From an uncultured candidate division Zixibacteria bacterium (GTDB lineage: Bacteria; Zixibacteria; MSB-5A5; GN15; FEB-12), in the NCBI GenBank assembly GCA_963806185.1, contig CAWDXE010000004.1, positions 160,001 to 224,000 of the forward strand: 64,000 nucleotides of DNA, written 5' to 3'. The translations under genes were made by a program, and so were the position numbers. Numbering within the stretch: position 1 is the first letter of the stretch; each line of letters opens with the position of its first letter. The notes beneath the pieces are model-generated. The model was not told where the DNA came from and did no database searches. It saw nothing but the letters and a program-made list of their open reading frames with translations. Below, piece after piece: positions 31,485 through 41,464 of this stretch.

Positions 31485-33304
31485 TTACGCCTGACGTAGT
31501 CTGGTGAACCCGCGGCAGAATCAGGCGGAAGGTCGTGCCTTCGACCGGCGATCGACGAAACTTCCAGCTTTGCCGCCGTGCTGTTCGACAATCTTCCGGC
31601 AGTTGTACAAGCCGAGCCCGTGACCACCCTTCTTGGTGGTGAAGTGCAGGGTGAAGATCCGATCGAGTACTTCCTTGGGCATGCCGCAACCGTTGTCGGA
31701 ATCTCGACGAGATTTGATCGGCGTGCTGGTCATGGCGCCGGCGTTGATCGAAATCTGCCGGTGGAACTTCCTGATTCGGGTCGGGCAACTGCGCTGACCC
31801 GGTCGCCGATGGCGTCGGCGGCGTTATTGAGCAGGTTGATCATGCACCTGCTGTATCTGGCCGACGTCGATTTCGGCGGTTGGCAATTCGGGCGGCAGAT
31901 TGATGTTGAAATTGCACCAGCTTGAAACTCGGCTGGATGCGCAGCGAGAAACAGCAGGTCATCGATGAGGTGCTTGAGTCGTAGCTGACGAATTCCGACT
32001 CTTGGCGCGAGAAGTCCATCAGGCTGTCGACGAACCGTTTGATCTTGAAGATATTCTCGACGATCGACTTGCTGTTGAACTTGACCTTCTCGGGTTGCCG
32101 CGATCGAGATTGATCGACAGCAGCTCAGCGTTGTTGGATATGATCGACAGGAAGTTATTCAGCTCGTGGGCGACCGACGCTGCCATTTCGCCTCGCGCGA
32201 CCAGTTTCTCGGACAGTATGACGTACTGCTCCATGGTGACTTCTTCGGTGATGTCCTGGACCGTCATGACGAGGCCGTCGTGTCCGTTGGGCAGCGCCTG
32301 CAGCGGCGAAATTTTGAGCGACAGGACCTTCTCGAGATAGCCGGTGTTGTGGAAGTACCGGCGGTCGGCAAATTCCTGATTGGTGTGAGAACGGTGTTTA
32401 GCATTCGCTGCCACCGCGGGCGTTGCTGTTCGGGGAGCAGATCGACAAAGACGGTCGGTTTCGGTTGTCGCCGATCAGGGTTATTTTGTCGCGATTGAGA
32501 TCGAAGATTTCAAGGGCAATCGGATTAATGGTGGCAATCCGTCCGTGGATATCAATAACGACGATGCCGACCGGTGACTTGACCACGACCGATTCGTTGT
32601 ACTTCTCCATGCGCAGCAGTGATTCATATATGTGGGCGTTGTGCAGGGCGTTGGAAACCAACTGGGCATACAGTTCGAACAGATACAAGATCGGACTTCA
32701 GAAACATCTTCGCCTGGTTGGAGTTGTCCAGATAGATGACGCCGATGACTTGTTCCCTGGACGTGCAGCGGGACGCACATGATCGAGCGCAAGATGCAGT
32801 TCGACGACGGATTTCTGATGGGCGTACCGATCGTCCGCCATGGCGTCGGACGTGTACACCGGCTTACCGGTCCGGGCGACCTGGCTGGTAATCGACGACG
32901 AGATGCGGAAGTCCTCTTCCATCATCTGTTCTTTGCAGAGATTGTACGCCGACTTCATCTGCAATTCGCCGTCGGCGTCCAGCAGCATGATGAGGCCGCG
33001 CTCGGCCTGCATCAGTTCGAATGGCCTTCTCCATCACCAGGCGAAGAACATCGTCGAGCACGAGCGACGAGTTGATCGCAATCGAGATCTCAAGTAGGGC
33101 TTTGAGATCGGCTGAACGCCGCGTTGCCCCGTCGCCGTCTTCTTCCACGCGCGGGTTGGTCTGAGCGACCTTGCTGAGCGTAGCTTCCAGGTCGGCAAAC
33201 ATCTCCATAGCCAACTTGCCGGTATCTTCGACATCCATCGGTGACGGCCGATTGGTCGGAAGGGCCAGAGGATCGAGTGTAGAGCGGCTCTGCTGTATAG
33301 ACAT
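31485..33304 (-). CDS. GAF-PAS sensor histidine kinase (multiple frameshifts)
   Basis: ALLEISIAINSSLVLDDVL, GAF (RSIMCVPL), PAS (PVGIVVID), H-box GEMAASVAHELNN, DNGCGM, GHGLGL in successive frames; 3' end approximate. Confidence 0.82.
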
Positions 33305-33338
33305 ACGCTTTTCCCGTTACATATGTGCCTGTCAGTCT

Positions 33339-33365
33339 TTATCGGAACAAGTGCCAAAAGCCTGA
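33339..33365 (-). promoter_or_regulatory. Putative sigma28-type promoter for the HK-kinase pair
   Basis: Minus strand TCAG-N15-TCCGATAA, 35 nt upstream of the ATG. Confidence 0.5.
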
Positions 33366-33527
33366 ATGGGACAGACCCATATTGTTGGTGCGAAAGCATA
33401 TCCGCGTGCAGACAGCCGACCACCGACAGATTCTGTCCGTGGTCGGGCAAAAACCGATATAAGTTATTGGCGGATAAATTCTTAACGATAACTCGTGCGG
33501 TCGGTCGTTTCGTCGTTCGCAAATGCC

Positions 33528-35279
33528 TCAGAATTCATGCTGAAAGCGAACGTAAATCTTAGGATCGGCATTGTCCGACCGATCCAACCGACGGGCCAGA
33601 CTGATTCTAAACGAGTCTTCGATGTAGGCCGCGACGCCTATGGAATGCTTCACCTCGGCATCGTGGAATTTGGTGTCATTGGCAATCTGGCCGACGTCCC
33701 AGAGCAGCGAAAGGGCCAGGCCGGCATGTCGGAATCGAACCCGGTACTCCGCCGAAGTCATCCAGAAGCGCGTACCCATGTATTCTTTGTGGTCATACCC
33801 GTGAAGGGTGCCGAGCCCGCCAAGGAAGAATCGCTTGAACATCGGCAGGTAGCCGTCGCTATTGCCATACCGTCCGGCCATCAGTAACGTGGTATACCGC
33901 GACACTACTTGGTATCTGCGGGCTGAAAGCGTATACCGGCTGTAGTCCCAATTGGAGTCGAAATCCTTGACCGACCATTCGGCCTGAGCCTCGACAGCCC
34001 ATGCCGAGGAATCGAATGGCGCTTTGGCATACCGTGAATCATATATTGCCGTGAGTCGAATCACCGCATTGGTGCCGGTATCGATCTCTGGAATGCTCGA
34101 CCGGCGGAACGAGGAGTCCACCGTGGACCAGTTTTCGCGGAATACCTTGCCGCCTCCGAACAATGACCAGAGGTTTCGGTGAGCGTCGAGCCAGTTGGCG
34201 GCATCGTAACGAAACGCCAATTCGCCGCTTAACCTGGGTATTGGTCGGCTGCGGAAAAAGATCTCCCCAGACGTCGTTTCGTAGTAATCACGAAAATCCT
34301 CTGTCACCAGGAGGGCGAACGCGGAATTCTCCGCGTCATCGATCATCCAGTCATCTTCCGAAGCCAACCAGTGGCCGTAGGTTCCTCCGACCGTCACAGC
34401 CGGATGCCGCAAAAGCGTCTGTTCTGCGAGAGCTTTCCATCGCAGCCGTTCGGAGGCAAAGGCGTAACCGATTTCGAGGTGTAATCTGGGCAGGGTTGAA
34501 TCGGTATCATTGAAGCCGGCCGCAATCAGCGGTGTGGCACCGTCGACGCGATTGTAAATGAACCGGGGGTAGATCTCGAATTCCTTCTGTCGAATGACCA
34601 AACTGTGGCGCCGGGACTTTCGGTCCTGAGAAGAGACGACCTCGCCGTATACGGAGGCCTCCGGCTTGATGTCTACGCGTCCGAACAGAGAGACAGCGTC
34701 TCCGCGCACCTTGGCTCCCTCGCCGATATGAATGTCGCCGAGTATCGAAATGACATCCTTGCCGACTTCACCCAGCACGTCGATTCGTCCGGTGGTGGTA
34801 AAGATCATCCCGCGCACGAAATCATTCTCAGGTACGACCATGGCCCGGCTGTTCCCGATGCGATTGCCGCGGCGAATACGGGTGATATCCGGAACCGTGT
34901 CGGTACGAGTGGAAAAATCGACACAGATTGAGTCGCGCGCCGTGGTGACTCGGGCCGCGGATATGCGGTCAAGAGCATAAACGGAATCACCGAAGTGAAG
35001 GCCGGCCGAGTCGAACAGGAGTTTCTCGCCGGCGTAAATGGCGCCATTTCGTTCTCGCACAGTTTCACGAGGATACGTCTGGTTTTGTGGTCCGGAAGGA
35101 GTATGCACGACAATTCCAAATGCCGTCGCCGTTCGACAGAGGCTGATATAGTCACGAGTCAGCGTCGGGCGGGTATATTCTTGATATACCGGCTGGGTGG
35201 AGTCGGTCTGGGCGATCGAAATCGCGGCGCCACTCAGAGTCAGAAGCGATGTTAGCAGCAAGCTGGACAGGCGAATCAT
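33528..35279 (-). CDS. Omp85/BamA-TamA-like outer membrane protein with non-POTRA N-terminus
   Basis: Signal peptide from MIRLSSLLL; YNRVDG; FFLGGLGTLHGY loop; terminal Phe. Confidence 0.75.
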   Translation of the reverse strand: MIRLSSLLLTSLLTLSGAAISIAQTDSTQPVYQEYTRPTLTRDYISLCRTATAFGIVVHTPSGPQNQTYPRETVRERNGAIYAGEKLLFDSAGLHFGDSVYALDRISAARVTTARDSICVDFSTRTDTVPDITRIRRGNRIGNSRAMVVPENDFVRGMIFTTTGRIDVLGEVGKDVISILGDIHIGEGAKVRGDAVSLFGRVDIKPEASVYGEVVSSQDRKSRRHSLVIRQKEFEIYPRFIYNRVDGATPLIAAGFNDTDSTLPRLHLEIGYAFASERLRWKALAEQTLLRHPAVTVGGTYGHWLASEDDWMIDDAENSAFALLVTEDFRDYYETTSGEIFFRSRPIPRLSGELAFRYDAANWLDAHRNLWSLFGGGKVFRENWSTVDSSFRRSSIPEIDTGTNAVIRLTAIYDSRYAKAPFDSSAWAVEAQAEWSVKDFDSNWDYSRYTLSARRYQVVSRYTTLLMAGRYGNSDGYLPMFKRFFLGGLGTLHGYDHKEYMGTRFWMTSAEYRVRFRHAGLALSLLWDVGQIANDTKFHDAEVKHSIGVAAYIEDSFRISLARRLDRSDNADPKIYVRFQHEF

Positions 35280-35325
35280 TCGTGCCACTCCTTGTCGGAT
35301 AGTCAAGCGCTTCCCCCGCCTTCTG

Positions 35326-35919
35326 TCAAGTTTGTTGGCGGCCGTCGCCGGATCTGCCAAGAATCCGATCCTGGTAGTCTTTAAAAGCCTGGCGGTGGGA
35401 GGCGAAGGCAATGTCGGTCGGAAGTTCATCAAAACCGAAAAAACGGACTTCCATGGCGTCGTCGCCCGCCCGCAATTCGCCGCCGGCGATATCACCCAGA
35501 TAGAGCATGAGCACGGCATTGGTACGCGGGTCATCCTGACCGACATACACCTCAAAAAAGGCCTTCAGGGTCACCTGCAATCCCGTTTCTTCTTTCAGTT
35601 CACGCACGGCCGTTTGGGACGGATGTTCGCGCCATTCCATGAAACCCGCGGGGATACACCACCAGCCAATACGCGGCGGGTGGGCTCGTTTCACGAGCAG
35701 GATACGGTTGTCCTGAACAATAATCACGCCGGCGGCCGGGACCGGATTCTGATAGTAGATGTACCCGCACCCCGGCTGTTCACAGATCAGGCGTGAATGG
35801 CCGTCGAGCTGTTGTTCTACGAGCGGCTCGGCGCAAAAAGGGCAGAAGCGATAGCCGCAATGGTGCTCCTTTCGGGCGAACAGCTTTTCGGCGTCGAAAT
35901 CGGCGTGAGGATCATTCAT
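35326..35919 (-). CDS. NUDIX hydrolase with N-terminal zinc ribbon
   Basis: FCPFC...C...C, YQNP, GFMEWRE...AVRELKEETGL. Confidence 0.9.
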   Translation of the reverse strand: MNDPHADFDAEKLFARKEHHCGYRFCPFCAEPLVEQQLDGHSRLICEQPGCGYIYYQNPVPAAGVIIVQDNRILLVKRAHPPRIGWWCIPAGFMEWREHPSQTAVRELKEETGLQVTLKAFFEVYVGQDDPRTNAVLMLYLGDIAGGELRAGDDAMEVRFFGFDELPTDIAFASHRQAFKDYQDRILGRSGDGRQQT

Positions 35920-38173
35920 GCGAAGTGTTTCCGTTTCTCATTTTCAGCACGATAGTCGTGGTGTCGTCCTGCGGAGGGACGCTCGGGTCAAATTTGCGCA
36001 CCGTATCGAGCAGGTTCTGCGTGATCACGCGGGGGTCATGGTGTCGAGTGTCGACTACCATTTGACGCACGCGATCCTCACCGAATTCCTTACCTTCACC
36101 GTCCATGGCCTCGGAAAGTCCGTCGGTATAAAACAGGATGACGTCTTCGGGACATAGATCCACGAAGGCGGACGTGTACTCCATAAAGGGGAAGGCCCCG
36201 ATTATCGGGCCGCCGATTTCGAGCAATTCGACGCGGCCGTCGGCCCGCACGAGCACAGGATAATTGTGCCCGGCATTCGAGAAATGGAAGCGCCCGGTGG
36301 CCGGCTCCAACTCCCCGTAAAAGAGAGTGACGTATTTCTCGGCGGTTGTGCTCTGGCAGATCAGCTTGTTCATATTGCGCATGATGGTCGCAATGGCATT
36401 ACCGTTATACACTTCACTCCGAATAATGGCCTGAATTTGCGCGATCAACAGAGCGGCAGGCATTCCCTTGCCGGAGGCGTCCGCAATAACAATCCCGATG
36501 CGCTGACCTTCGTTGATGGAAATGAAATCGTAAAAATCTCCGCCTACGGTGCGCGACGGCGTGGACTGGGCCATAATGGCCATGCTCGGAAAGTCGGGCG
36601 GTTTCGACGGCAGCAGATTCAACTGAATCTGTCGGGCCATCGTCATTTCTTCCTGCAGACGAAGACGTTCCATCGAATCCGCGTAGAGCCGGGCGTTGGT
36701 GAGGGCGGTCACCATCTGGTTGGAAAGCACCTTGAGAAGATTGAGATCCTCGGACGTGTAGCGATATCCCGCGACTTTCGACGAGAGGGCAATAAAACCC
36801 AGAAGGTGTTGAGCATCCTTCATCGGCAGAATCAGGCGGGCGCGAACCTCTTTGAGCAGGTCAGCCAACGGCGAATTCTGTTCGTAATCGGACAGGGCAT
36901 CGAGAAACGTGGGTGAATCCAGCAGGTTGATGCCGCGAAGCATCAGGTCGTTGCGATCAATGATCGTCCGCCTGGCGTAGTCCTCGCTCGGCAATACCGC
37001 GTATTCGCCGACGCTGTCGTCAAAGAGCACGAAATACACGTGCTCGACCAGCAACGAAACTTTGAGCGTTTCCTCAATCTCCTGGCGCAGCTGCTTCGGA
37101 TCGAACAAAGAGATCACCTGGCGGGAAAACCGCTCCAGTATATTGCGGTAGTCGGTGCGGGTCCGGATGAACATGGAGCGGATCACGTTGTCAACCCACG
37201 TGGCGATCGGCTGGAAGAGCAGCAGAATAAAGACGATGAAGATATATGAGACCAGTCCCGCCTGTTCACCGAAGAGGGGAGTCAGGACGTCCTTGGCGCG
37301 CATGGCAAGAACGATGTACAAACCGACGAGGAGGCCGAGCGCCACCGTATAGATGATCGACTGGCGGAAAATAGCCCGAATATCAAGGAACTGGTGCCGG
37401 ATTACTGCCGTGGCGAAGAGAGTTGTCCCGGCGAGCATGGCGGCGATCAGCACAAAGGCACATAGCGGATCAGTCATCTTCACGTGAGCCACCGTGCAGA
37501 CGCCCAGTCCGAGCAGGTAGAGCCCCAGGCAGACGCGAAGTGACCAGGCGACCATGCGGGTCTGCGTCAATAGGCGCGGATTGGTGACCAGTCGCCGACC
37601 GGATTCGACGAAATACATCGCCGCCGCGGCATAAATCGTGTTCACGACGACGATCATGATTTCGTGATTGTTGCGCACATAGGCGAGGAAGAGCTGAATC
37701 TGCGTGACCAACCAGGAAAACGGCCGCAACAGAATGCTCATAAAGCCTTCGGTTGTGGTCGCAATAACGAGCGCTTCGAGCAGTCGGCTGATCTGCGGAT
37801 AGAAAATGACGACGATCAGATGCACGACATAGGGCAGGAAGATGGCGAAACGCAGTCTGGGGTGCCGCAATTCTCGCATCCGGTCAATCGGATACGACCA
37901 GGCGAAGAGCAGCAGGACCGGAAAGAACAGCTCCCAGAGGAAATAGAGATTGTAGAGAGTGCTTTGGGAGAAATTGGGGTCGGCGGCGACGGTATTGGAA
38001 ACGATCATTCCCAGGGCGAGGGCGAGCGGGCCGAGTCCGGCAAAAAAGCATAACAGTCCGGCCAGCCGATTCAGCCGGTTGGCAAAATTATCCCGCGTGA
38101 TGGTGATCGCCAGAAAGATGAGGAAACCACCCGTCAGGAAATAAATGAATGTCTTAATAATCTCGACCGTCAT
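35912..38173 (-). CDS. Membrane-bound GAF-PP2C (SpoIIE/RsbU-family) phosphatase
   Basis: Multi-TM N-terminus, GAF, VGGDFYD, IADASGKG, NAGH, YTDGLSE, DDTT. Confidence 0.9.
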   Translation of the reverse strand: MTVEIIKTFIYFLTGGFLIFLAITITRDNFANRLNRLAGLLCFFAGLGPLALALGMIVSNTVAADPNFSQSTLYNLYFLWELFFPVLLLFAWSYPIDRMRELRHPRLRFAIFLPYVVHLIVVIFYPQISRLLEALVIATTTEGFMSILLRPFSWLVTQIQLFLAYVRNNHEIMIVVVNTIYAAAAMYFVESGRRLVTNPRLLTQTRMVAWSLRVCLGLYLLGLGVCTVAHVKMTDPLCAFVLIAAMLAGTTLFATAVIRHQFLDIRAIFRQSIIYTVALGLLVGLYIVLAMRAKDVLTPLFGEQAGLVSYIFIVFILLLFQPIATWVDNVIRSMFIRTRTDYRNILERFSRQVISLFDPKQLRQEIEETLKVSLLVEHVYFVLFDDSVGEYAVLPSEDYARRTIIDRNDLMLRGINLLDSPTFLDALSDYEQNSPLADLLKEVRARLILPMKDAQHLLGFIALSSKVAGYRYTSEDLNLLKVLSNQMVTALTNARLYADSMERLRLQEEMTMARQIQLNLLPSKPPDFPSMAIMAQSTPSRTVGGDFYDFISINEGQRIGIVIADASGKGMPAALLIAQIQAIIRSEVYNGNAIATIMRNMNKLICQSTTAEKYVTLFYGELEPATGRFHFSNAGHNYPVLVRADGRVELLEIGGPIIGAFPFMEYTSAFVDLCPEDVILFYTDGLSEAMDGEGKEFGEDRVRQMVVDTRHHDPRVITQNLLDTVRKFDPSVPPQDDTTTIVLKMRNGNTSHE

Positions 38174-38205
38174 AGCGGCCCGATCCGGCTTTTGTTACCG
38201 ATCCC

Positions 38206-38625
38206 TTATATGGATTTGGTGATGATAATGGTTGTGCCGTCGGCACCCGGTTCAATATCGACACTGTCCATCAGGGCCCGAACGATAAAAATGCCGCGCC
38301 CGACCTCGCGCAGAAGGTTTTCGTCAGCGACCGGATTGGCGATGTGGGTCGGGTCGAATCCCCCACCCTGGTCGGTGACGGCAATTGACACCCGGCCGTC
38401 GACATTGCGAATCCTCACCGTCACCGATCTCTCACCATCGGCTCGATTGCCGTGCACAATGGCATTGTTGACCAGTTCCGAGGCGGAGATGGCGATGTCG
38501 GCGATGGTCGATTCCGTGGCCCCGTAACCACGAAGAACTCCCTCGAGAAAGGAATCGACATCCTGCAGGTACTCCGTGCTTGACGGGATGACGATCGTGT
38601 CGCCGGTGATGAATGGTTTTTTCAT
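38206..38625 (-). CDS. rsbW: RsbW/SpoIIAB-like anti-sigma factor kinase
   Basis: SELVNNAIVHGN, DQGGGFD, GRGIFIVRALMD. Confidence 0.87.
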   Translation of the reverse strand: MKKPFITGDTIVIPSSTEYLQDVDSFLEGVLRGYGATESTIADIAISASELVNNAIVHGNRADGERSVTVRIRNVDGRVSIAVTDQGGGFDPTHIANPVADENLLREVGRGIFIVRALMDSVDIEPGADGTTIIITKSI

Positions 38626-38640
38626 CGGTGATACACTCCA

Positions 38641-38672
38641 AAAAAACAGGCAGGCGTGGCCGCGCCTACCTG
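38641..38672 (-). terminator. Terminator-like hairpin between rsbV and rsbW
   Basis: Minus strand CAGGTAGGCG...CGCCTGCCTG followed by a T-run. Confidence 0.55.
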
Positions 38673-38706
38673 CGTATATAGGGTGAAACGCTCATTAGCA
38701 CATGAA

Positions 38707-39045
38707 TCACTTGAAACTGCGAATCGCCTCCTCGACAGAGTCATACGACTCAAACACCGTCACCAGTTTGGTGATGGTGAGAAGCGATTGAATCTTTTCG
38801 GTGACATTGGCAAGTTTCAATTGACCGTCGTGGTTACGCAAGGTGGTGTAACCGGAGATCAGAATGCCCAGGCCGGTCGAGTTCATCCAGTCCACCTGGG
38901 CCAAATTGATAACCACGCTCTTTCGATTCTGCTCGATATACTCATGCAGCTTGTCATGCAATAGACTGGCGTCGGGCCCCCCCATGATTTTCCCCTTCGG
39001 CTCCAGGATTACGATGTCACCCTGGACGCGATCAGTCAGCTTCAT
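38707..39045 (-). CDS. rsbV: STAS anti-anti-sigma factor
   Basis: NLAQVDWMNSTGLGIL phosphoacceptor motif, 112 aa. Confidence 0.88.
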   Translation of the reverse strand: MKLTDRVQGDIVILEPKGKIMGGPDASLLHDKLHEYIEQNRKSVVINLAQVDWMNSTGLGILISGYTTLRNHDGQLKLANVTEKIQSLLTITKLVTVFESYDSVEEAIRSFK

Positions 39046-39224
39046 ACTGCACAGCCTCCGTTTGAGAAGATAACTTCCATACGATAATCATTGCGTCAGG
39101 TTTCGGGTAAACGCGCCCGGACCTCCGCTAAGTGCTTAATTAGTCGGGTGTTGGAGACAGAGTCAAGGAGAAAGTAGGCGGCCGGGACAAACCGGCCACC
39201 GCGACGCGATTACCTGCCCTTTTG

Positions 39225-40862
39225 CTACTGGCCGCAACAGCCAGGCAAAGGGGTGAAAGTGATGAAGAGGTTGTTAATCAATCCGGTCAGATCGCCTATG
39301 TCGATATTACCAGTCGGGTCACCATCGCAATTGGCCTCCGCATCGCAACAATTGGGGACGAAGGTGATGAACAGGTTGTTGACCAGGGCGGTCAGATCCC
39401 CAATGTCAACTCCGTCCATCGGATCGCAATCGACATTTCCGACATCGGCGACACAGCAGGCCGGGCAAGGCGTGCAGAATTCGGTCTGCAGGTGTGCGAC
39501 ATACCAGTCATACAGTTCTGCCGCATTGGCTTGCAGGTCGGTCAGGTGCCCGTTTTCGACGGTCGTCAAGGCGGTGAAGAAGACCAGTGTATCAGTCGCC
39601 GACAAGCCGAAATCGTGCATATAAGTCAGGACGCTGAACAAATCGGACTGAGTCGGACCCGTTGCATGAAGGCCGGCGGCGGCGGTGGCGTTCCAGTGGT
39701 ACTGCCCTTCGATCGCCTCTTCAGCCGTGTCGTACTTGATAATGGAGTCTGTCAGCTCGACATATGATCCAAAAAACGTCCGGCTGTTGACACAGGGCGT
39801 CGCGCTTGAGTGCCAGGCCAAAAACACCTGTGAAGCTAGTCGGTTGGAGTCGGGTTGGCACCCCAGACCGTCCATCTCGACACCCCGCTGATAAGTGGCG
39901 GGTATCGTGGCGTCGATTGATCCCGTGTTGATCAGGTTGACGTCCGACGGAATATCCCAATCAGTCATTTCCGCCAACGTTAGATGCGCCTGCGGCGAGC
40001 CGCTCATCGAGAAGACCTCGGTTTTGACGATCATGCCGTCGCACGGTCCGGTATTGGAGGCCGCGACTTTCGGCGCGTAGATCGTCCGGCGAAGCCCCAC
40101 GCTTAAATCATGGGTACAAAGGACGCCGGTGGTGAAAGCAGTGTAATCAGCGGTTGAGAGAGTATCGGCGGCGCCAGGGTTCGGCACGGTGAAAGCTTGC
40201 GTGGTTGCAAACCCCTCCGTTTGATAGAGAGCCGAGTGAAAGGTGTAATCGGTCGGGCCATTCTTGCGAATCAACATCGGCCCGCCGCTGTAAAGATATA
40301 CCTTGGCCGTAGGGCTGCAATCGATCGACTGCCCAAGGTAGTCCAGGTTGACGGTGCCGGAGCCGAGATCTCCCATCTCGCCCGATTCCGATACGCACAG
40401 GCGTACGCACGGCGTCGCCAGTGTGTCAACTTTGAGTGAGCCGGACGCACCACCACCGATGTCATATTCCACAATTGGCAGTAGGAGAGAATCCTCGGGA
40501 TCGGCCAGATTGGTTTTGGCAAAGATGTACCCTTCGAGGCGGTAGCTGACGCCTGGTCCGCCGAAAATGCCGTTCTTATTCAGGATCACCATGAACGTCT
40601 GGTCGCTGCTGTTGGCCGGTAGGACCAATGAGGTTGGCTCCACACCCAGCCAATCGGTGCCGGGGAAGGTCGTTTCGACGCCCCCGATTTGCGAGAGGGT
40701 GACCGACGAGCCACTGGTGTTTTCCACCACGACAATGACGGTTTCGGCAACGTTGGCCGGTGTCCCTCCCGTGATGAGGTCGGGATTGAAAATAATGGTC
40801 TGGCCGAGGGCCTGGCTGCAGGCGATCAGCAATAGTCCGAAGAGTATACGTCCGTGTTTCAT
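39225..40862 (-). CDS. Secreted protein with C-terminal Cys-rich dockerin-like domain
   Basis: Signal peptide; CCVADVGNVDCD...DIGDLTALVNNLF...EANCDG...DIGDLTGLINNLF. Confidence 0.8.
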   Translation of the reverse strand: MKHGRILFGLLLIACSQALGQTIIFNPDLITGGTPANVAETVIVVVENTSGSSVTLSQIGGVETTFPGTDWLGVEPTSLVLPANSSDQTFMVILNKNGIFGGPGVSYRLEGYIFAKTNLADPEDSLLLPIVEYDIGGGASGSLKVDTLATPCVRLCVSESGEMGDLGSGTVNLDYLGQSIDCSPTAKVYLYSGGPMLIRKNGPTDYTFHSALYQTEGFATTQAFTVPNPGAADTLSTADYTAFTTGVLCTHDLSVGLRRTIYAPKVAASNTGPCDGMIVKTEVFSMSGSPQAHLTLAEMTDWDIPSDVNLINTGSIDATIPATYQRGVEMDGLGCQPDSNRLASQVFLAWHSSATPCVNSRTFFGSYVELTDSIIKYDTAEEAIEGQYHWNATAAAGLHATGPTQSDLFSVLTYMHDFGLSATDTLVFFTALTTVENGHLTDLQANAAELYDWYVAHLQTEFCTPCPACCVADVGNVDCDPMDGVDIGDLTALVNNLFITFVPNCCDAEANCDGDPTGNIDIGDLTGLINNLFITFTPLPGCCGQ

Positions 40863-40980
40863 AGTACTTCCAGTTATCGGTTGCCAGAGGTAATGAGATT
40901 AGTTCTGTCGAGCCGATCGGCCGTCGGATCGGATTCCGGACCCATTATAGCGAGAACGAGGGAGAGACGCCACAAAAGAA

Positions 40981-41000
40981 AGGGCGCCCGAAGGCGCCCT
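40981..41000 (-). terminator. Intrinsic terminator ending the OFOR-Bfu operon
   Basis: AGGGCGCC-CGAA-GGCGCCCT with a T-rich tail on the minus strand. Confidence 0.75.
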
Positions 41001-41029
41001 GAAATGATTGGCTCGTTCCGTTTTCGGTT

Positions 41030-41464
41030 CTACGCCGACTTTGTTTTCGTCGTCACGGCCGGCTCATATACCAGCGCTTTCGTGGGGCAGAAGTGGGCGC
41101 ACACCGGATCTCCGCCGCAGAGGTCACACTTGACGACCATATGGTGTTGTTTGTCAAGCAATGAACATCCAAACGGGCAGGAGGCGACACACGCGAGACA
41201 ACGAATGCACTTGGCCTGATCGATTTCCATCGCGCCCGTTGTTTCATTGCGCGTAATGGCATTCACCAGGCAGGACTTGGCGCAGGCAGGATCCTCGCAC
41301 TGCAGACAAACGACCGGCACCCACAGCTCCTTGAACGTCGTCGTCAACGGATAGATGCGACTCCGGCTCGGCTTACCCTCGACCGGATGAGAGAAGGAAC
41401 AGGCGAGTTCGCAGGTCCGGCAGCCGATGCAGAGATTCGGCTTAACGTAAAAACGGTTTTCCAT
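41030..41464 (-). CDS. 4x[4Fe-4S] electron-transfer subunit (CooF/DmsB-like)
   Basis: CIGCRTCELAC, CLQCEDPACAKSC, CIRCLACVASCP, KCDLC...CAHFCP. Confidence 0.88.
   Translation of the reverse strand: MENRFYVKPNLCIGCRTCELACSFSHPVEGKPSRSRIYPLTTTFKELWVPVVCLQCEDPACAKSCLVNAITRNETTGAMEIDQAKCIRCLACVASCPFGCSLLDKQHHMVVKCDLCGGDPVCAHFCPTKALVYEPAVTTKTKSA

Noticed and set aside
30868..31788. Apparent histidine kinase-Ser/Thr kinase fusion
   Set aside because: Lies in the most indel-rich zone; a TAA at 31487-31485 in the adjacent frame just before the kinase ATG suggests separate genes.
33453..33460. Additional CCGATA boxes at 33453 and 58278
   Set aside because: No TAAA-like element at 15-nt spacing, and 33453 has no downstream gene on that strand.
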